64,000 bases of DNA, from contig OX597814.1 in the NCBI GenBank assembly GCA_951406725.2, positions 154,132,001 to 154,196,000 of the forward strand, given 5' to 3'. Position 1 is the first letter of the stretch. Every line of letters starts with the position of its first letter. The notes under the pieces were generated by a model. The model ran no database searches. It was given only the letters and a program-made list of their open reading frames with translations, and was not told the DNA's origin. The position numbers and the translations under genes are program-made. Positions 50,896 through 64,000 of this stretch are shown in pieces. This DNA is from Octopus vulgaris. Lineage: Eukaryota.

Positions 50896-51956
50896 TATTA
50901 TTCTTAGATTGTAGATTAATTACAGTATCTATTTTGTATATTAATTATGTAAGATGCAAATTGAGTATTTTGTTTCTTTATCTAGTTTATCTGTAACGTT
51001 AACGTATTTCTTTTTGCATCAATATTGCAAATATAGAAACTATTAGTAGTATTTACTAGCATTAATAGCAGTACTTGCTTTGTACATGAATCTGGATTTA
51101 ATACAAAGAAACTACAAACATTACTTTACTACACTATACTATACTATACTATGCTTAATCGCTATTTCAGCAAATGGTGATAGCTACACTTGGTGGAGGT
51201 AAATAATATGCACACTACCCCTTTTCGGCATAACAAAAACCCTAACCCCAAACACCAGGTGTGCGTATTCTTTACCTTTGCCTTATACTTCGTTGATGAG
51301 GTCATCATTGGATCGAAACATGAATGGAATTGCCTCCTGTATTTTTTTAATAATAAAATATTTAATCTTTGTTCAATATTGATTTAGTAATAGTAATTTA
51401 CTAATACTATTTATTCATCACTACATAATTATTTCTCGTTAGCTCTTTGATTCTCTTAGCATTAAACATTTACACTGATTTAATTATATATTAACGATAA
51501 CTACATTAACTATATTATATCATAGTAGTTCATGCTATATTGTGTTATACTTATTTACAGCAATATCACATTGTAAACACCAGTTCTTGTCAAATTAGCA
51601 AAGATAAGCAATGCCAGTTCAAGTTATTTCTAATTAACATGTTAGAATTAATCCATTGTCCAGTGTAGCACCACTTGGCACCACTGCGGGTGCCCTTAGC
51701 AGAGCCTACATTGCTGCATGCATTTGAATTAGATCTAGTTTGAGGATGCCTTCCTTCATATCTTCCAAATTTCTCAGAAACCCTATGAAGCTGTGGTCAC
51801 CAACCTCTTTTTCTACTATGAACTGGTTTTATGCAGGACAGTTTTGCCACAGACTGGGATATCACAACCATAACAAAACACAAAGTGCATGATATATAAT
51901 TTAATTATTAGATATATAATACATCTATAATTTAATTATTAGATATATAAAACGTA

Positions 51957-52173
51957 TATGAGCAGGAATTGAAAAGTTTCTGGCTTTAAGGGTATCATGA
52001 AAGGCCTGGTTGGAGGCCTCACCTGAATTCTTTTATAGGGCTCAGAAAAACTGAAGGACTGCTGCAATATGTGTGTGAATCTGGGAAAGAATATGTTGAA
52101 TAAAATCATAATTACCTGATACTCCTGTATTTTCTTTTACTCAAAACTAAGAACTTTTCAGAACCCCCTTGTA
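51957..52173 (+). mobile_element. Mariner-derived MITE (uninterrupted copy)
   Basis: TGAAAAGTTTCTGG ... CTAAGAACTTTTCAG inverted ends with TA flanks; retains the decayed transposase C-terminal end. Confidence 0.75.
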
Positions 52174-52179
52174 TATGTC

Positions 52180-52790
52180 GATATGGCTCACCAGATGAGC
52201 TCCTGGGTCCTCAGAGCATTCTGATCCAGACAGCAAGATGTCATCATTCCCTTCTTCTCCTCCATTTTCTGGCAACATCTAGAATACTACTGCCCCTGTG
52301 GTCTACTCACACTAAACAAAACATTTCAAGAACTGAGTCACCCTAGAGAGCATTCATTAAAAAAAGTAAAATAAAGGGCATGACTGATCTTGATTATGGG
52401 ACTGCCTTAAAACATTCAATCTTTATTCTCTCCAATGCTGCTATGAGCACTACATCATTTGCACCATGTGGAGAACATACCACCAGCCTTGCCCAAGCAA
52501 CCTTAACATAACATTCAGAATTTATCCAAGGCTAGGGCCATGTGACATACACCTCCAACACAATTCAGGATCACAACGCATAAGTTAACTGTAACACAAT
52601 TTCTTTTCCTTGACAGGCCCTGTTTATTTAACATTATCCCAAAACAAATAAAAGCAGTAAAAGATCCCATCACCTTCAGATGGAACCTGAGTAAGTTTCT
52701 TCAATGGATACCAGAGAAGCCGCCTAAACCTGGATACATCTCAGTAGACAACAACTCTCTACTTTAATGGGACATGATACCACAAATCTT
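52180..52790 (+). mobile_element. CR1-group LINE ORF2 C-terminal remnant
   Basis: MSSWVLRAF*SR...QHLEYYCP.WS...IKGMTDLDY...NLYSLQCCYEHYIICTMWR matches the WILRTF..R...HLEYC...WSP...LYSLQRRRERY motif series. Confidence 0.7.
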
Positions 52791-53679
52791 CACTTTAAAA
52801 TGGCTTAACAGGCCTGGGCTAATCTTTACTGAAATATATCTAACTTATCTAAGTTATTATATATAATATGATGATGATGATATATAAGGCAACAATGCCC
52901 TCCAAACTGCGATAGTCGATAAAATAGAAATAAAAATAACTATTCTTTCTGTGTGATCGAATGTGAAATGATCCGTGTCCCCAAACTGGTGCACAGCCTG
53001 GTTGTTAGGAACCTCTGCTGTAAAGAATCACAAGAACTGTCCTTCCCTCCTAATTAAATGTAAGTTCTGAGAACAATAAGAATGATATTGTTGTTTTCTT
53101 TAATTTATTTAGTAAGCACTGAATAGAGATATACTTAAAATAATGAATGAGTAAAATACTCTGGGACTCATGCTGCATTAAAAATTTTTTTTTTCTCATG
53201 AGGGAAGGTAGTGTTTAGTGACCTTTACTTGGCCTGAATTCTTATAATAGAATAGACTACACTAAAGGTATCCAGGATACTAGGATGTGATGTTAAACTG
53301 GGTGATAGATAAAGGTTACCCTCCATGTAGGCAATGACAGGATTTATACTCAGAACACAAAAAGCTGGAACAAATACTGCAAGGAATCCCATCCAATGTT
53401 CTTAAGGTTCCACCAACTCAATGCCCCGGATTGGTACTTTTTTAAGGATCTCAAAATGATGAAAAACGTAACCTTGGCAGGATTTGCATACCATGAAGCT
53501 CTCCATTTGATACCCTAATTACTTTGTCAATTCATACTTGATGAAACAAGAGAAGAAATTTTGGAATGAGGACAACTGTGAAGAAGTGCTGAACTCTAAT
53601 GGTGCAGGGAACCTGTGGAACAGGAAGACATGGGGTGAGGTGGTGAGGCATGACCTTTGAACATTGGGCTTCATGGAAG

Positions 53680-54095
53680 CAATGACAAATGACTGAGACC
53701 TTTGGCATTATGCTATGCTTGAGAAGACCCATCAAACCAAGTAAAATAGTAGTCATAACCGATGTCAGTGTCATGTAACTGGTATGTAAAAAGCACCCTT
53801 GAACGTTTGGGTTAGGGTTAGGCTGGAGCATAAAAAGCACTGCTTGAATGTTGACAGGTACCCGAGACCTTTGGCAATATATTGTGCTTGAGAAGACTTG
53901 TCAAACCAAGTGAGATCGTAGTTGTGGCCAATGCTGGTACTGTGTAACTGGCATTCATGCCAGTGGCATATATAAGGCACCCACTACACTCTTGGCATTC
54001 AACCATAGAAACCATACGAAATCAAATTGGAACCTGTTGCAGCTTTCAGTCAAACCGTCCAACCCATGCCAGCATGGAAAACGGATTGATGATGA
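53680..54095 (+). mobile_element. Family C retroposon with internal repeats
   Basis: Duplicated GAGACCTTTGGCA...GCTTGAGAAGAC...TCAAACCAAGT; ends CAACCCATGCCAGCATGGAAAACGG..GATGATG. Confidence 0.7.
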
Positions 54096-54297
54096 AAGTT
54101 ATACTCTTGGAGATGAGGATAATCGTTATATGAATGATTAGTTCCGCTAAAAACAAAAGTAGAGAAAACAGCCCTGAAATTTTAATCTCCATTGTAGATT
54201 ACTACAATCCCTTTGATTACTCATAAAAACCTTTCTATATACAGTTAACCTGCTGCTAATTTTGGCCTATGTTATAGTCCCTTAATCAGGAAATTAA

Positions 54298-54662
54298 TGT
54301 GGTAAGAAGCTTGCTTCCCAACCATGTGGTTCAGAGTTCAGTCTCATTGTGTGACACCTTGCACTAATGTCTTGTACTAAAACCTCGGGTCAATCAAAGC
54401 CTTGTGAGTGGATTTGGATGCATTTATATATATATGTATGTGTGTGCTTTTTTGTGTCCATGTTGTCTCCCACCACCACTTGACAATTGGTGTTGGTGTG
54501 TTTACATCCCCATAACTTAGCTGTTTGGAAAAAGGGACTGATAGAATAAGTATCGGGCTTTTAAAAAATAAGTACTGTGGTTGATACATTCAACTAAAAA
54601 TTCTTCAAGGCAGTGCTCCAGCATGGCCATAGTCTAATGATCAAAACAAGTAAAAGGTAAAA
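54298..54662 (+). mobile_element. SINE family A, diverged copy
   Basis: Head, core and CAAGTAAAAG tail are recognisable. Confidence 0.8.
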
Positions 54663-56417
54663 GCTATACAAGTAATGCTTACATGGCTATTGTCCTCATA
54701 TTTGAATTTTAAAGTACAGGAAAGGTCTCTTCACTGGATTTGGCAAACGGTTCCTTATTATAGGAACTCTTCAACCACTAACTGGAACTTGTTGTGTGAC
54801 CCTGACACATTCTATATCCTACCTACTGGCCAGTAGATAGAATTCTTGAGGTCCCCTTAATGACACAACGAAATTGAAGTCAAACGAAGCTCATCTGATT
54901 GAGATCAGCTGTGCATTATTAATGAGGACATTTAAATTGCCTGCTTTGTGACCTGCTGTCATTTCTGCCCTCATTTTTGGCACCTCCCCTAATAGGTGAT
55001 CTCTTTTCTTCAAAGCAATTGATAAGAAACATATCAGTGATTTTTCTTTGTTTCTTTTTTATGATTTTGATCTAAGCTTAGAAGGCTGGCTAAGATTTTA
55101 CAAGTGCAAAGGTTATGTTTCAGACCAAAATGAAGTAACAGTAAGACAGAGGGAGAGGGGAGAGAGAGAGAGAGAGAGAGAGAGAGCAAGGAGAAGGGTA
55201 GGGAGTGAGAGAAAGCAAGGAGAGGGGAGAAAGAGAGAGAGAGAAGGAAGAAAGAGAGCAAAAGACACTTGTACTACACTTGCTTGATATGTAGATAGGG
55301 ATTTGATAAGCACTTACCTCTGTGTACACAGTGCAAAGAATAAAAGCACAAAAGATTCTGGATTTCAGGCAAACTGATAGGGAATCAGAACTTTAAAATG
55401 TGCTAGAAGTACAGCAATAATGACTGGTTGGGCTACTCATGAAAAAGTTATAAACTGTTTGAATGACTCACTAGAAAACGTTGATAGTTTCTTGTTTTCT
55501 TATGTAACCTAAATAATCCTGGAGCACTTTTAATGAAAAAATATGAGCCACAATAGAAAGGTGGTGGTGGTGGTGGTGGCAGTGTTGTTAACAAAGGCTT
55601 CTTTTATATATATATGTATGTATGTATATATATATATATATATAATGGGGATTACATGCTAGAGCTACATGGTAACTGAATACAGAAGTGCATAGACATG
55701 TAATGTAAGCTGGCTTGAAATATATCAATGGTGATAGTGGTAGTGATCGTAGTGGTGGTGGTGGTGGTGATGATTATGATGAGCATTGATATCCCATTTA
55801 CAAATAACTCTTGAGAAATTTTCAAATCAACCACGAGTTCATGTTTGTGGTATAGCCCCCAGGTCAACCACACTTGAGTAGGCCTATGACTGAAGGCGTT
55901 CTAGCCATAACTTTTCCATCGTTTTAGGAGTATTTGAAGTATACTATCCATCATGTTCCTTATTTTGTTTAAGTTGGCAAGGTATGTTTTGAGGACTATT
56001 TAGCTGCTGTTTCTCCCAGGTGAAGCAACCTTGTAGACACTCTCATTTTCTCAACTCAAATGCAGGAAGATGTAAGCTTGTTAATTAAAGATAAAATATT
56101 GTAGTCTGACCATATTAGGGCAATATCTGGTGTTTGTTTGCAAGTAAAGAACAACTATGGACATGTTTCAGTCTATTTTCATATTTTGCTTTTATACTTT
56201 CTACATTATATCTAATTTCTTGTAAATCTCTCCCTCTCCAGAATAACTTCTAAAAAAAATGAACTCTACTAATTCCTTCTATTGAAGCTCTTTTAAATTG
56301 TCTCAGATGATGGGATATCATTTATTTCCCTAAAACAACTGTAAGACCACATTTCTATTTATAAATATTCTATGAATATCAAATTGCTTTGGCCTTGTTA
56401 TCTTACTTTATTTAATA

Positions 56418-58260
56418 CTAGCAGTAATACCTGTCATTGATCAGGTAATTACTTTAACTCTTTCTTGGGAGCCACATTCAAAGTGTTATTATATATATAT
56501 TTACTCCTCCTGTATGTGTGTTTTTTGTAAGAAAAAAACATGTAATAATTGAAGTAGAAAAAATATAAATTTCATACATGAACTTCTGTTTGTTTATTAT
56601 ATGACAACAATACGCAAGTTGTATGCATTATTTTATATATCAATACAGTAATAGCAATTATATTATACACAAGGCTTTGATTGGCATGGAGCTGTAATGA
56701 AAGAGAATTGTCTAATGTGCCACACTGTGGGACTGAACCCAAGGCAACATGGTTGGAAAACAAGCTTCTCAACAACACAGCCATACTTATAAAGGAGAGA
56801 TACATTTTGTATAATGTAATCCTTGATACAATATGCTTAACAAAAGATAGGATGTTTACGGCAAGAAGATCTTTGATTTTAATATTTACTCGTGCAACAC
56901 AACCACTAACAATGCTGCACCATACAGGATGTTCCAGAATTAACTATCTGTTTCAATGAAATTGAGCAAATTAAAAAAAAACTGACAGAATTTTATTATG
57001 AAAACAAATAGATTTATAAATCTTATGTCAAACTTTTATTGAAAATTTTCAATATGTCTGTATCCCTGCATACTTCAAATCTCTCCCTAGCATTGTGAAA
57101 CACATTTTGAAGCATTTCAGGAGTTAGCGCGTGCACTGCTAACTGAATGTGTTCTTTAAGCTCAGCTGAACGATTGCTCCATCTTGGGGATGGAGATAAA
57201 GAAAATGATTGTTGCTATATTGAAAAAAAGTTGTGGACAAATAAGAGTCCATCAAGAATAAAAATAAAATTATAAGCAAAATTCACAATTTATACATTTT
57301 TAACATATTAAACATGATAAACATAAATAAAAGTGAGTTTTAAAAAATGCATCCAATTTCACTCAAATCATCATTAATTCTGGGACACCCTGTATTTACT
57401 TGTCTGGTTAAACAGGGGAGGGAATACATAGGGGGACTAATTGCAGGTGGCGAGCATAGTTTCCGGAAGTGGTCATGCAGTTGAACTCAAATGGCTGTGA
57501 ATCACAACAGTGAGCAGCTTGTTTTTTTGTATGAACATTTTGCATTGTATAGTTCAGACATGGATGACATACAAAGCAGACATGCTGCCGAGCCATGCTG
57601 TGTTGTGCAGGACTGGAAATGTGAAACATCAACAAGGCACTTCTGGAGAATGGATGAATGGGTTTATTGTGCCTTTACCCATCTGCACACACATGCACAT
57701 GGTCTGGTGGTGCGTGGGATGGTAACATGAAGCATCAACAGGGCGCTGAAAAATATTTTAATTTTATTCTTATTTTACCTGCCAAATTGAACAAAAAAGT
57801 TTTTATGAAATATTATGCACTACATACATACGCTATTTATAATGCATAAGTAGTGTCAATACTTTATTATTGGAAAATGGCCTAAAACAAAGATAAAATC
57901 CAGTGCAGTATACTCAAATCTGATTAATCTGCATTTTTAGGGGTTCCATAGTCAGCATTGGAAATTCCTTTAGTCAACAGCAATTCAAGGAGCCTGATTA
58001 ATGCTTGTTGCAAATTTGGAAGAAAGCGACTGGATACTCTTCAATTTATGGGCCTTAATGCCACAAAAATGCTTTAAAAATGTGGCTTATTTACCCATGG
58101 GACCGCATTAGGCCAGAAATTGAAAATCTTTTTAGCCCATGACAATCCACAGACTATGTAAAACATTTCATTGAAATTGGTTGTGTGGATCTCAAGTTTT
58201 AACGACATGACAAACACAGACACACATCCTGTGTTTTATATATATATATATATATATATA
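56418..58260 (-). mobile_element. Helitron-like non-autonomous element with nested SINE and MITE
   Basis: Plus strand begins ACTAGCAGTAATACCTG...CAGGTA (CTAG end plus hairpin) and ends ACAAACACAGACACACATCC...TTTTATATATA, the same architecture as 16183-16549. Continuity across the nested inserts is inferred. Confidence 0.4.
56925..57392 (-). mobile_element. Tc1/mariner-superfamily MITE with transposase C-terminal remnant
   Basis: TIRs CAGGATGTTCCAGAATTAA and TTAATTCTGGGACACCCTG (17/19) with TA on both sides. Internal minus translation AELKEHIQLAVHALTPEMLQNVFHNARERFEVCRD. Confidence 0.85.
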
Positions 58261-59149
58261 TTACTAGTTTCAGCTTGAAAGCTGTGGCCATGCTGGGGCA
58301 CCAGATGGCTACAGTGAATGGAGTTAAAAAAATGTGAATCTACACCGTTCTAAACATGTTCATAAATCTATATGTATGCAGTCATGCATTCATATATATT
58401 ATGTGTAAATGTTTTTGAGAACACCTCCCATTTTAAGATAATCAATTCTATTCTGTGCCAGGCTAAACCCAGTTAATAGTAAGGGAGAGTATGGAATAAT
58501 ATGGTTTACCATTGCTGATGTGTACTTGCTTAATATAGCCAAAAGTTTGTTCAACAAACTTTCAGTTTGTAATTGGCTATAACTTTTGATTGGTTAAAAT
58601 CAAGTATGTGAGAACAGTGAAACTAAAATATTGCTTGTATTAGTTTGCCATAAAACTATCAACTATTTCAACAGCACGGAATTTTGTCAGTGAACAGGTT
58701 ATGGTCTCAAAGCGACGAAAATATTTTGACAAATTAAATTTAATGTTGAAGTGAATCTAACGGATTTTGTGTGTTTCTTAAATGGCTTATAAACACCTTC
58801 CATGCTGCAATTGTTTTCATTCCAGCACACGATCTCAGATCAGGTCACTTGCTATGCAAGTACATCTCCGTAATATCAAGTATTTCGTTATTGATTTCTG
58901 ACATTGACACAAATCAACACATTTTGAGATAGGGATAGAAAGCATATAAATTAATTTTGAGAGGTTAATTCTTAACTTCTTAAGTTATCTTCCTTTTTGT
59001 TTGAGAATCGCTCACAACTACTGCTGGATTTTTGTTTATGATTAAGAATTTTTCACCTATGACATTCAATATGACTTATCCCTAAACTTATTTATACAAA
59101 TTATACTGGCCCCTACCTCAATAAATGACAAGAAACCAGGAGATATGGT

Positions 59150-59466
59150 GATTTGTTGTACTTGAAAAGACATGTCAGGCTAAGTAAAATCACTGTCTTC
59201 CACACATACAGGCTTGCCCTTTCAGGTGCCAGAGCTACTTAAAGGCACCTGTGCCTGTGCTGTGTAAACACACCTGTGCTGGTGGCATGTAAAAAGCACT
59301 CCTTATACTCTTGGAGTAGTTGGCTTTAAGAAGGGCATCCAGCCATAGAAACCATGCCACAACAGACAACTGCAGTTTGGACAGCTCCCAGTTAACCAGC
59401 TCCATGTCAAGCCGTCAAACCCATGCCAGCATGGAAAGTGGATGTTCAACAATGATGATGATGATG
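59150..59466 (+). mobile_element. Family C retroposon
   Basis: AAGGGCATCCAGCCATAGAAACC core and (GAT)n tail. Confidence 0.7.
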
Positions 59467-60127
59467 CCTTTCACTGGCCAAGGATAATCTGTAACACAAT
59501 TTTTTATATTTAAATATTTTTGCCAAATCATCAAGCAGGCTTTCTTAAATTATATTATGCTGATGAAGTCTAACAGACTGGAACATACCCATAGTTGTCC
59601 CATGCTTGCTACCAAAATCAGATTTTCCTTCTTCTAAGTGTGCAGAATTAGTAAATTTTTATTTTCTTTCCTCAACTGAATGAAAATTTTATTATGAATT
59701 TTTGTAAGCATAGTATTCAGTACAACACCTCTTACTTAGTTAAACCTACTACTGAGACTAGTAGAGCATAAAAAAGATATAATTATATCTTTCCCTCCTT
59801 GAACTAACAAAGTAAAATTTGTGACCTAGAAAATATATTGACTATGACAAACTTTTAGTGATGTGGATCATTTAAAAATTTCACCTTTTACTTTTTAAGA
59901 ATTCATTCACAAATGTGATTAAACCGACTCTGATGCTTCCATCCCCTTCCCCCTGGCGTCCAGGCTACCGATGTCCAGAGATGAAATGCTTATTTTAGTG
60001 AAATAAATTATTATTGTTATTTGTTCGGAGATTCTTGTTCCCGCTATTTTCCTTTCTACAACTATGTAAGGAATTGTGAGGCACCCATCAAGTGCCAACC
60101 TCACTTTCTACAATAGTATTAAATCTT

Positions 60128-60450
60128 ATACATACATACATACATACATACATACATACATACATACATACATACATACATACATACATACATACACACA
60201 TACATACATACATACATTCATACATACATACATACATACAGACAGGCAGACACATACATACAGATGTACATACATGCATGCACACACACATACACACATA
60301 CATACATACATACATACATACATACATACAAGTATATATGTGTATGTATGTATGTGTGTGTATGTATGGATGTATGTGTGGTTGTATGTATGGATGTATG
60401 TATGTGTGTGTATATGTATTTGACTGCATGTATGTTTGTGTGTATGTGTA
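60128..60450. repeat. (TACA)n tract followed by its complement (TGTA)n
   Basis: Directly visible head-to-head microsatellites. Confidence 0.9.
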
Positions 60451-60789
60451 TTATATTGTTTATAAATCTATAGTAGCCCTACCTATTTTATAATAATATA
60501 CAATAATTACCACATTTTTTCGCTGTTTAATCTACATCATATTCCAACTATCTCTCAAACGAGCCAATAATGGAGCCTCTAAGCATTATTTAACCTACTT
60601 GATATAACAGCTAAATCTATCTCAAACCACATCCTAATATTTGAGGCCAAAGGGATGGCAGGTAAGTTGATCTCAGCAGAATTTGAATTCAGAATGTAAA
60701 GATGGATGAAATGCCGCTAAGCATTTTGCCCCATGTGCTAATGATTCTGCCATCTCGTTGCCTTAATTTCTACATATTGATAAATATTT

Positions 60790-61170
60790 CATCATCATCA
60801 TCATCATCATCATCGTTTACCGTCTGCTTTCAATGCTAACATGGGTTGGACGATTTGACTGAGGACTGGCGAACCAGATGGTTGCACCAGGCTCCAATCT
60901 GATCTGGCAGAGTTTCTACAGCTGGATGCCCTTCCTAATGCCAACCACTCGGAGAGTGTAGTGGGTGTTTTTACATGCCACCTGCACGGAAGCCAGTCAG
61001 GCAGTACTGGCAATGGTCATGCTCAAATGGTGTTTTCTACATGCTACTTGCACAGGAGCCAGTCCAGTGACACTGGCACTGACCTCGCTTGACTGTTTTT
61101 TCATGTGCCAGTAAGGTGATACTGGTAACGATCACGCTTGAATGGTGTTTTTTATGTGCCACCGGCACCA
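60790..61170 (-). mobile_element. Family C retroposon
   Basis: (CAT)n then CGTTTACCGTCTGCTTTC...CAGCTGGATGCCCTTCCTAATGCCAACCACTC; reverse complement of 41631-42085. Confidence 0.8.
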
Positions 61171-62069
61171 AATATTTATTGAGGACATTCTTATGATTTT
61201 TATAAGTTCACACTTGGTGAATGATTTTTCATTTTCCTAAAGAAAAGTCTTATACTTTTATTAATGATTGAGTTGGAAGAGAAAATAAGACAGTATATTT
61301 TTTATACATATGCACTCAAAATATATATTTACATGTGCATGCATATACTTGTACCTGGGTACTCATATATATTTGTACACATATAATTGTGTTCTCATAT
61401 GTATTTGTACATATATTCCTATGTATATATACATCATCAGCATTATCATTCAATGTCTGTTTTCCATGCTAGCATGGGTTGGACAGTTTGATAGGAGCTG
61501 ACAAGTCAGAAGACTGCGCAAGTCTCTAGTGGTTGCTTTAGCATGGTTTCTACACACACAAGCACGTGTGTGCACAGATGCATGCGTATGTGTGTGTGTG
61601 TACACACGTGCACACATGTACTCGTACTTATGTTATTTTTTAGTGATGAGTAACAAAATGTTGTTGTTTAGCCTCAAGTCAGCTATACGTAGGCATATTG
61701 TCAGAAATCTTCCATGCATATATATTTTGTATTTTTGTATATCTAGGATTACATAGTCAAGCAGTTCTTTTTTGAAAGGATGGGTGAGTGTGATTCCAGG
61801 AAGATTTGGCTGCTGTTTCTAGCAAGTTGAGTAGCCATGTGGAGTCTTTCCTATATCAAAATGTAGTTTGAAAAGCTCACTAAAAAATATTATAAATTTG
61901 GATGATTTATTTGACCAATCTATTATTTCCTCTGTTTGGTACATGTTTACAATATATATGTCAAAACTATTTTATTTTATTCAATTATTCTGTCATTTTA
62001 CAGGAAGCAGTGAATTCATTCTAATGGTGTGACTAAAAATGAGAAGAAAAATATTTTAGTGATTGTCAT

Positions 62070-62650
62070 TTACTCTTTTACTTGTTTCAGTCATTTGACT
62101 GTGGCCATGCTGGAGCACCGCCTTTAGTCGAGCAAATCGATCCCAGGACTTATTCTTTGTAAGCCTAGTACTTATTCTATCAGTCTCTTTTGCCGAACCA
62201 CTAAGTTACGGGGATGTAAACACATCAGCATCGGTTGTCAAGCGATGTTGGGGGGGGGGGACAAACACAGGCACACAAACATATACACACACATACATAC
62301 ATACATACATATATATATATATATATCATCATCATCATCATCATCGTTTAACATCCGCTTTCCATGCTAGCATGGACTGGACGACTTTGCCTGAGGGCTG
62401 GCGAACTAGATGGCTGCACCAGGCTCCAATCTTGATCTGGCAGAGTTTCTACAGCTGGTTGCCCTTCCTAATGCCAACTACTCCGAGACGGGTTTCTTTC
62501 AGTTTCTATCTACCAAATCCACTCACAAGGCTTTGGTCGGCCTGAGGCTATAGTAGAAGACACTTGCCCAAGGTGCCATGCAGTGGGACTGAACCTGGAA
62601 CCATGTGGTTCATAAGCAAGCTACTTACCACACAGCCACTCCTATGCCTA
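62070..62650 (-). mobile_element. SINE family A containing a family C segment (62327-62487)
   Basis: Family A tail and head flank a (CAT)n-tailed family C piece in the internal microsatellite. Confidence 0.85.
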
Positions 62651-63335
62651 CTTAATGACAAAATTTTCTCACAATAGCAGCATTTTTAATCTTTTTCTTT
62701 TACTTGTTTCAGTCATTGGACTGCAGCCACATTGGGGTACTGCCTTGAAGGGTTTAGCTCAAAGATCAATCCCAGTGCTTATTTTAAAATTTAGTACTTA
62801 TTCCATTGGTTACTTTTGCCAAACCACTAAGTTAGGCAATGTAAACAGACCAACACTGGTTATCAAGTGGTAATAGTGAACAAACACAGCACAAACAAAA
62901 ACCCTGTCTCCCAGTTATAATCAGCAGCAGAGTCAATGTGTGTCACTCATTGCAACAGTAACAACAGGTATCCCTTAATAGAAGTACGACCCCATTCAAT
63001 TTTTAGGTTGGGGATTAGATGGAAACTGAAAAGATAGGAAAAAAACCAAAGCAAAGAAACAAGGCAATAAAATAGTACATGGAATTCACTTCCCGTGAAG
63101 AAGAGATCAATGTTGAGGAAGAATGCATTGCCTATGAAAGGGAGTACATTTCCTGCGAAGAGGAACAAACCTTCACCCTAAATGAAATGAAATTGACAGT
63201 CCTTTTGCTAGACTAACAAAGATCTGATATCTTTATCTTTTATTTGTGCCACCTCTCAGCTTACCAGCCCTGGTCAAACTTCCATCCCATGGCAGCATGG
63301 ACAACAGACGTTAAATGATGATGATAATATATATG

Positions 63336-63372
<37 letters not shown>

Positions 63373-63375
63373 CTT

Positions 63376-63485
63376 TTTCTTTATTTGTAAATTAAGGCTA
63401 CCATTGGTTTCATGTTAAGAAGAGTAGGAAAATATTTTCTTCTTAACATGAAAGCAATGGTAGCCTTAATTCACAAATAAAGAAA
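63376..63485. repeat. Near-perfect inverted repeat, 48-bp arms, 14-nt loop
   Basis: Arms 63376-63423 and 63438-63485 match at 46/48 positions. Confidence 0.92.
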
Positions 63486-64000
63486 TTATATATCCACCGA
63501 TGTGGTGTTGAGCACTCATTTCATTGTTCTACATTTACGTGCGTGTGTGTATGTGTGTGTATATATATATTTATATATATATATATCATCCAGCCCATGC
63601 CAGCATAGAAAACAGATATTAAATGACGACAATGATGATGATGATGATGATGATGATGACATATGATGGGCTTCTTTCAGTTTTTGTTAACCAAATCCAC
63701 TCACAAGGTTTTGACTTGTCTGAGGCTATGGTGGAAGACTCTTGCCCAAGTTACCACAGAGTAGGACTCAACTTCTTACTACACAGCAAGGCTTGATATT
63801 TTTGAATGAAATGCACTTACAATTTCTAGAACAAGTATGGTGGTCAGGAAAGGAGTGGAGCCACATTACAAAAAGTATAAAAAAAGACATAATATTAGCA
63901 CAAATTTCCAACAGATATTACCAAGTGTTATAAGTCAATGATCCAATCCACAGGATGTAAGCTCTCACTCACTCACTGTAACTCAAGAGCTCCTCTTGAA

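Larger units (their letters stand above)
51791..53017. mobile_element. hAT-Charlie-like MITE hosting nested elements
   Basis: Degenerate termini CTGTGGTCACCAAC and GTTAGGAACCTCTG; 8-bp flanks CTATGAAG and CTGTAAAG (6/8). Confidence 0.5.

Noticed and set aside
51171-51198. 28-nt AG...GT micro-exon candidate reading NGDSYTWW (MORN-like)
   Set aside because: Too short to distinguish from chance, and no partner exons were found.
55318-55470. Strong minus-strand donor GAG|GTAAGT suggesting an exon
   Set aside because: Longer acceptor choices have stops in all frames and the short open option has no recognisable protein; a non-coding exon cannot be excluded.

Overview
AT-rich, repeat-dense animal genomic DNA. 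The SINE families and the (TA)n/(TACA)n load look like an octopus or other coleoid genome, which is inferred from repeat style only. Two spliced protein-coding genes lie convergently. On +, par-6 (PARD6 family) has a PB1 exon at 12162-12387 and a terminal semi-CRIB/PDZ exon at 21372-22012; its first coding exon was not found and is probably upstream of the window. On -, a complete three-exon NUDT16-like Nudix decapping enzyme (49848-49639, 44312-44046, 38179-37982; 224 aa) has canonical GT-AG introns. The rest is a mosaic of tRNA-derived SINEs (several with clean TSDs), decayed LINEs (RTE, CR1/L2, REL-type), a mariner remnant nested in an RTE LINE, Tc1/hAT/piggyBac-like MITEs, Helitron-like elements and microsatellites. 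Most ORFs in the supplied track are microsatellite or SINE artefacts. The best leads are an RFX X-box promoter candidate inside NUDT16 intron 1, a tandem EF-hand-coding relic, several decayed hammerhead-like motifs, two long palindromes and a long SINE-free par-6 3' region with a minisatellite. I found no convincing evidence of a wholly new biological system.
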